From the NCBI GenBank assembly GCA_041662665.1, contig JBAZSC010000001.1, forward strand, positions 1,511-65,510: a DNA stretch of 64,000 nucleotides, in the 5' to 3' direction. Below the pieces are notes generated by a model that was not told where the DNA came from, ran no database searches, and saw only the letters and a program-made list of their open reading frames with translations. The DNA is from Patescibacteria group bacterium. GTDB taxonomy: Bacteria > Patescibacteriota > JABMPQ01 > JAQVVF01. Made by a program: the position numbers and the translations under genes. Shown in pieces: positions 58,159 to 64,000 of this stretch; within the stretch, counting starts at the first letter, position 1, and every line of letters begins with the position of its first letter.

Positions 58159-59559
58159 ATGAAAAGTAACAATCATAATCAAAAAGGCCAAGCCCTAGTC
58201 GTAGTCCTTGTCTTCACAAGTGTTTTTATGATTGTCGCAATTGGTTTATTACAACTTGTTGCTACTTTATACAAAACAGCTGTCAAAAAACAAAGTTCTT
58301 TGCGTGCCTTGCAGATTGCCGAAGCTGGAGCAAATTATTACAAATGGCGACTTTCTCATTCACCAGAAGATTATTCTGGATCTGGAGATTACGATTATAC
58401 AGACCCTTATGGAGGTATAATTGGTCATTATAATCTACAAATTACGCCTCCAATTTTAGGTTCTACAATAGTTACAATTAGATCTACTGGTTATTTAAAT
58501 GATGATCCAAACGTTCATCGCACTATAGAGGTAAAATTTGGAAAAAGGTCATTATCAGATTATAGTTTTTTTACTCATAGCAATGTTTGGTTTGGTGAAG
58601 ATGAAGAAGTAAAAGGTAAAGTCCATTCAAATGGTGGTATTCGGATGGATGGAGAAGGCGATTCTGTTGTCGAAAGCTCAAGAGAAAAATATATCTGTGG
58701 ACCAGAACATGGTTGCAATTATGTTGAACATGATGGAGTCTGGGGTACTGGAAAAATCCAAGAATTATGGCATTTTCCTCCAATTTATCAAGTACCAACA
58801 ATTGATTTTAATTCAATAAGTGTTGATCTTGGCGGTGCAGGCGGGCTTAAAGAAAAAGCACAATCAGCAGACGGAGATTATATCGGTTACTCAGGTAGTT
58901 TTGGTTATCGAATAAAATTTAATACGAATCCAGCGACATATGATCTTTATCGAGTTACAAGTACAATACCTACATATGGATATGATTTTAGTGATGGTTG
59001 GAAATGGAGATACATTGACATCCGTAATCAAACCTACGTAGCTACATATCCAGTTCCTGAGAATGGCATAATCTTTGTTGAGGATCAAGTCTGGGTTGAT
59101 GGCACTGTCGAAGGTAGAATTACTTTAGCTGCAGCAAATTTTTTGGCAACTGGCTCGGATCGTAGTATAATAATAAATAATAACATTGATTATCTAGAAA
59201 AAGATGGTAATCACGCGTTAGGCCTTATTGCTCAAAAAGATATTTTAGTTCCATTGTATAGTCCAGAAAGATTAGAAATCGATGCTGCTATGATTGCACA
59301 GAAAGGACATGTTTTTATTTATAATTATCAAGCTTCTAGATATGGGGCAAATACAGTAGTAAAGGACTATATAGAAGTTTATGGCAGTATCGGATCATAT
59401 AATATCTGGACTTGGTCATGGGTTAACGCGCAAAATACAGTTATTTCAGGTTATAAACAAACAGAAACATTATATGATAATAATCTGACGTATGCAGCTC
59501 CGCCAGATTTCCCTCAAAAAGAAGAATATGAACAAATTAGCTGGAAAGAAATCCACTAA
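58159..59559 (+). CDS. PilX-like minor pilin
   Basis: KG|QAL hydrophobic N-terminus; ALQIAEAG motif. Confidence 0.82.
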   Translation: MKSNNHNQKGQALVVVLVFTSVFMIVAIGLLQLVATLYKTAVKKQSSLRALQIAEAGANYYKWRLSHSPEDYSGSGDYDYTDPYGGIIGHYNLQITPPILGSTIVTIRSTGYLNDDPNVHRTIEVKFGKRSLSDYSFFTHSNVWFGEDEEVKGKVHSNGGIRMDGEGDSVVESSREKYICGPEHGCNYVEHDGVWGTGKIQELWHFPPIYQVPTIDFNSISVDLGGAGGLKEKAQSADGDYIGYSGSFGYRIKFNTNPATYDLYRVTSTIPTYGYDFSDGWKWRYIDIRNQTYVATYPVPENGIIFVEDQVWVDGTVEGRITLAAANFLATGSDRSIIINNNIDYLEKDGNHALGLIAQKDILVPLYSPERLEIDAAMIAQKGHVFIYNYQASRYGANTVVKDYIEVYGSIGSYNIWTWSWVNAQNTVISGYKQTETLYDNNLTYAAPPDFPQKEEYEQISWKEIH

Positions 59560-59688
59560 AACAAAATTTACAAATCCCAAATCTCGATGGCAAACAAACT
59601 ACAAACCACAAATCACAAACTTTTAGCTATTTTTTGTAATTTGTCATTTGTATTTTGTTTGTAATTTGGAATTTGGAATTTCAACACT

Positions 59689-60756
59689 ATGTCAATTTTC
59701 ACTCCAAAAAAACAAGCCTTTGGCATCGAAATCAGCGATGCTTCAATAAAAGTTCTCCAATTAAAAAAGGGAGGCAAGTTTTATAAACTCGTAGGTTACA
59801 ATGTTTTAAAAATTCCTCAAGGAATAGTCGTTTCTGGTGAAATAAAAGATTCTAAACTCCTAGCTTCATATATTCAAAAAGCAACAAATAGTGCAAAACC
59901 AAAAAAAATTTTTATTTCAAATGTAGTTTGTTCTCTTCCAGAAAACAAAACCTTTGTTAGAATACTAGAAATTCCTCAAATGAGCAAAGAAGAATTAAGC
60001 GAAGGAATAAAATGGCAAGCAGAGCAGTATATTCCATTGCCAATTGATACAGTATATCTTGATTGGCAAATTATCGAAACAATAGATAGCAGACAAAGGA
60101 TATTAGTTGCTGCAGCTCCAAAAAAAATTGTTGATAGTTATATCAATGTTTTGAAGATCGCTAGATTAAAACCACAGGTTTTAGATCTTGAAGAAGCAGC
60201 TGAAGCAAGAGCTTTGATTCCAGAAAATCAAAAAGAGGCGAGTCTCATTGTTGATATTGGTGCCACAAAAACAGTTTTCTTTGTTCAAGATCGAAAAATT
60301 GTTCCATTCGCTTCAAATACTCAAGAAGTTTGCGGTAATAAGTTCACCGAAAATATCAGCAAAGCTTTAAAAATAAATATCGAAAATGCCGAAGCAAAAA
60401 AAGCAGCTTGTTGCAGTCCAGATCTTTCAAATGAAGAAAAAACGTTATTGCAATCAATTTATCCATTGTTTGACTCACTTGCAACTCAGATTATTAAAAT
60501 AATTGGCTATTACCAAAATCATTTCAAATCCGCAAATCCAATTAACAACATAATTTTATGCGGTGGAGGAGCCAATATCTCCGGAATAGTTCCTCATCTT
60601 ACTTTGAAATTAAAAATGAAAATCTCAATAGCGAATCCACTAACTAATTTACCAGTCAAAAAAAGCTTGCCAATCAATAATCAAGACTTGCTTAGCTTAA
60701 CAACAGTTATTGGTCTTGGAATAAGAGGCGCAGAGATCGTGAAGTATAGTAAATAG
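59689..60756 (+). CDS. pilM: type IV pilus assembly protein PilM
   Basis: FGIEIS---IKV, EQYIPLP, VDIGA, LCGGGA actin-like fold. Confidence 0.92.
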   Translation: MSIFTPKKQAFGIEISDASIKVLQLKKGGKFYKLVGYNVLKIPQGIVVSGEIKDSKLLASYIQKATNSAKPKKIFISNVVCSLPENKTFVRILEIPQMSKEELSEGIKWQAEQYIPLPIDTVYLDWQIIETIDSRQRILVAAAPKKIVDSYINVLKIARLKPQVLDLEEAAEARALIPENQKEASLIVDIGATKTVFFVQDRKIVPFASNTQEVCGNKFTENISKALKINIENAEAKKAACCSPDLSNEEKTLLQSIYPLFDSLATQIIKIIGYYQNHFKSANPINNIILCGGGANISGIVPHLTLKLKMKISIANPLTNLPVKKSLPINNQDLLSLTTVIGLGIRGAEIVKYSK

Positions 60757-60836
60757 TAATTAGTAACTAGTAACTAGACTTTCGTTTCGTCAGTTTCTAG
60801 TTACTGATTACTAATTACAAGTTACAGCAAAACACA

Positions 60837-61388
60837 ATGATCACAATCAATCTATTATCATCAGAAGAAAAGAAGGATATTTCCTATGAAAAAAACAACA
60901 TTTCTTTAATAGGCTCTTTTGTGATACTTGGTTTTATTATTGCATTATTAACTTTTGTTATTATAACAATTGAGGATGTTCAAACAGGTAATCTAGATGC
61001 ATTAACTTCTGAAACAAAAAATATTGAAAAATTTTTAAATCAAACTGGAAATCAGCAAATTGAATCAAAGATGAGGCAAATTAATTATTATTTAAGTACG
61101 ATTAAAACAATTAAAGGCGATCGAACAAATTTTTCGAAAACAATTGTCGAAATTGCAAATCAAACTCCAAATGGTATTAGACTATTTGACATAAAGCTTA
61201 ATAAGACAGACAAAAATTTTGAAATTTCCGGAAATGCAGGAACAAGAGACGAATTAATATTATTTACGAGCAATCTTGAAAAAACAGGTTACTTCGAAAA
61301 TATAGAATCACCATCCTCAAATTTGATCAGTCCAACAAATGTTAGTTTTAAAATAACAGGAAAATTAACCGATAAAGCTTTAAAATGA
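60837..61388 (+). CDS. pilN: PilN-like protein
   Basis: INLL motif, TM, position after pilM. Confidence 0.85.
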   Translation: MITINLLSSEEKKDISYEKNNISLIGSFVILGFIIALLTFVIITIEDVQTGNLDALTSETKNIEKFLNQTGNQQIESKMRQINYYLSTIKTIKGDRTNFSKTIVEIANQTPNGIRLFDIKLNKTDKNFEISGNAGTRDELILFTSNLEKTGYFENIESPSSNLISPTNVSFKITGKLTDKALK

Positions 61389-61498
61389 CTAGCAAGTCAT
61401 TCTGAGTTAGATTTATTGATATCAATAAATCTAACAAATGAAGAATCTCGTGAATATATTAGGGATAATCATTGCCAACAGAATAACAAAAACTAAAA

Positions 61499-62176
61499 AT
61501 GCAAAAATTGCAAAAAACATGGCTTACGATCGGAATCAGTCTTGGAATAGTTTTACTATACACAGGACTTATTATCTATCCTCAAACTTCAAACATTCTT
61601 GATCTCAACAATAAAATTTATCAAGAAAAAATCAGGCAAGAAGGATTGAAGATCCAAGAAAATGATATTAAGCAAGCCAAAGACAAAGAACAGAATATTG
61701 ATACAATCTTAGATCAGCTTTCAATCCATTTGACTACAAAAGATGATATTGTCAATTTTATAGTTGATCTCGAAAATATCGCCAAACAGACAAATAACGA
61801 GCAAACAATAAACATTCTAGAACAAACAAATGCTCCTCAAATCAAAAAAACAGAAAAAGAAGATACAACAAATACAGACACGAGTACAAATACTTCAGTT
61901 ACCACAAATCCAACTCAGGCCAATCCAACTAACAATTTCATCGAAGTAGAAGTTAAATTGCAAGGCTCGTTCGAAGACTTAGTTGCCTATCTTAACGAGT
62001 TAAAAAAAGCGACTACTCTAACTGATGAAACTTCCTTAGACAGCCAACTTGCAGAGCTTGCTACAACAAAAACTAGTACTCAAGTTGTTCAAAACGAAGC
62101 TATGCCAACAACAAGTGAGCTTTCAACAACTCTTAATCTTAAAGTATTTATAAAAGACCAAAATGCCACAAAATAG
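61499..62176 (+). CDS. pilO: PilO-like protein
   Basis: TM, coiled coil, GSF-DL--YL--L motif; position in cluster. Confidence 0.75.
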   Translation: MQKLQKTWLTIGISLGIVLLYTGLIIYPQTSNILDLNNKIYQEKIRQEGLKIQENDIKQAKDKEQNIDTILDQLSIHLTTKDDIVNFIVDLENIAKQTNNEQTINILEQTNAPQIKKTEKEDTTNTDTSTNTSVTTNPTQANPTNNFIEVEVKLQGSFEDLVAYLNELKKATTLTDETSLDSQLAELATTKTSTQVVQNEAMPTTSELSTTLNLKVFIKDQNATK

Positions 62177-62447
62177 TCCAAAAAAAAGCCAAAATATTAG
62201 CGATTATTTTCAAAACAATAACAATAAAATGATCATTTTAGGTGTTTTTATAATATCCCTATTATTTATTATCTTTGGAACATGGATTTACTTCGTTACT
62301 TTTATTATTCCACAAGAACCAGTAGTAAGCGATATCACTCAAAAAAGACTAAAAATCGATACTGAGCAATATCAAGACGTGATCCAAAGCCTAACTAATG
62401 ACCAAGAATCAATAACACTTACGCCAAACAAAAACCCGTATAAATAG
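62163..62447 (+). CDS. small single-TM pilus-cluster protein
   Basis: Overlaps pilO stop; TM; ends KNPY. Confidence 0.65.
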   Translation: MPQNSPKKSQNISDYFQNNNNKMIILGVFIISLLFIIFGTWIYFVTFIIPQEPVVSDITQKRLKIDTEQYQDVIQSLTNDQESITLTPNKNPYK

Positions 62448-62451
62448 AACC

Positions 62452-62600
62452 TTCTACCCTGCCCGTGCCTGCCCGCCGATTTATCTGCCGCAGTTTTTAA
62501 CGAAGGCAGAAGTTCGACGAAGGCGGGGCAGGGGGTCATCAATGCACAAAACAAGGTTTTACAATAGCCACGCACCTCCCCTGCCGTGGGCAGGGTAGAA
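62452..62600. repeat. REPIN/MITE-like element with nested REP insert
   Basis: TTCTACCCTGCCC...GGGCAGGGTAGAA ends as at 9430-9513. Confidence 0.6.
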
Positions 62601-62922
62601 TTCTGTCTTATTAAGTATGAAAAAAGACTTATTTAAGATAATGCCTATTTTAAGCCAAAATCACAAAAAACAGTTAATATCTGGTGTATAAAAAAAGATC
62701 TTTTTTATGACAAACTAGTTATTTTGCCTTAAAAAAGCCTAAATAATCCTTCAAAAAAAGGCTTGACATGCTTTTTAGCTAGTATAGTATATATATTAAG
62801 ACCGAACTTAAATGATATCTTCGGTTTTTTAGTCCCTAAAATTAACTTATCTAATCTAGCTTTCTTTAAAGCTGGATGACCAAAATTGACTGGATATCGA
62901 TTGCCATTCTGTCATCACTTGA

Positions 62923-64000
62923 ACTGGTCACCAATCAATTTCCAAGGAACATTATAAGCCTATTACTAGGACAAAACAAATCTTTGTTCATCTAATACCC
63001 AAAATTAAAACTGGGCTGAACAAGATTTACAACTACATTACAAAAACAAAAGAAAAAATTCAAAAACATCTAAAAATATTAGAACCTTTAAAAAACGTTG
63101 CTAAAAAATATAGCAAATATTACCTACACGCTGCTGTCATTATTATTGCTATTACTGTTGCCACATTTAATGTGTTAGCAAAAGAAGAAACAGTAACAGT
63201 TAAAGACAGTAGCATCTTAGCTAACTTAGCATTTCCAGAATCTAAAAAATACGAGATTGTTAAGAATGCCAACAAAAAACCAGCTAAGACAAATTATTTA
63301 TCTATTATCTCAATCGCTTCTGCTTCACCAACAGGTGGAGCAATGAACACAAGCAAAAATGCTGTTGGTGCAACTTCAATTGCAACATTAGCTAAAGCTA
63401 CAAAAAGCTTGCCAATGTTCAATAGCGATACATTAGTTAAAAATAGTTCAGTTAAAACAATCAAAACTAAACCAGAATCTGAAAAAAGAAACGAACCTTT
63501 CAAATATTTCGTAAAAGATGGTGATACAATCACAAGTATTGCATACAATTTTGCTGTTGATCCAGCTACTATATTAGTAGAAAACGATTTGTATGCTGAT
63601 GATGTAATCAAACCTGGTATGGAATTAAATATCCTTCCTGTTCCTGGTACTACAAAAAAAGTAGAAGCAGGCGACACTTTGGATCAAATTGCTGCTGATT
63701 CTGAAGCTGATCTTGAAAAAATTATTAAATTCAATAAATTAGCTAAAGCAGACAGCATTAAAGAAGGTCAAATCTTAATTATTCCTGATGGAAAACGTTC
63801 TATCAAGGAAAGACCTATTCCAACTCCAGAAGAACAAGAAGTCTTAATTGCAAATTACAACGAAACAAACGATACATACGATACACCACAAGACGTTTAC
63901 CAATCTCCAGTTGTACATATTCAAGGTAGAGTTGCAAACAACTTTCCTTGGGGACAATGTACTTGGTACGTTGCTGAAAGACGCGGAGATGTTACATGGA
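62923..64000 (+). CDS. LysM (x2) plus CHAP-type cell-wall hydrolase, partial; start codon uncertain
   Basis: Open frame from 62923: TM, YFVKDGDTITSIA, VEAGDTLDQIA, FPWGQCTWYV. Confidence 0.85.

Noticed and set aside
1-64000. Alternative genetic code 25 (UGA=Gly)
   Set aside because: Conserved genes are intact under code 11, and several end at TGA (e.g. pilN, the minor pilin at 58050, yraN).

Overview
AT-rich bacterial chromosome segment using the standard code (TGA is a stop). Gene content and style suggest Patescibacteria/CPR; this is an inference. Core content: K+-independent membrane H+-PPase, nusA, yraN, UvrD-family helicase, ftsH, tilS, rpsA, gyrA, a SpoU/TrmH methyltransferase, rplS, archaeal-type cmk, an RluA-family synthase, nagZ, a type IV pilus cluster (pilB, pilC, three prepilins, pilMNO), 17 tRNA genes, and two perfect parS palindromes at a switch in gene strand bias near 43-45 kb. 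Three layers of unexplained structure stand out. (1) Two loci (35.3-36.3 kb and 48.0-50.7 kb) are single transcription units in which conserved double RNA hairpins, sharing a CA(G/C)AG(T/C)/ATTGTG stem core, separate GC-rich, mutually unrelated, SD-led small ORFs. Several of these ORFs are 27-39 aa single-TM peptides missed by the ORF track. (2) Translation signals split sharply: no recognisable housekeeping gene has a Shine-Dalgarno motif, whereas about 30 orphan/accessory genes carry strong AGGAGG-type motifs, usually with near-consensus sigma70 promoters and their own terminators. (3) Several families of 7-9-mer tandem-repeat hairpins and REP-like palindromes fill intergenic space and are inserted in frame in tilS, the helicase and the O-antigen ligase. 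In addition, two HTH-LAGLIDADG-like genes each take their stop codon from the 5' end of a tRNA-Gly gene. All calls are from reading the sequence only; no searches or folding programs were run.
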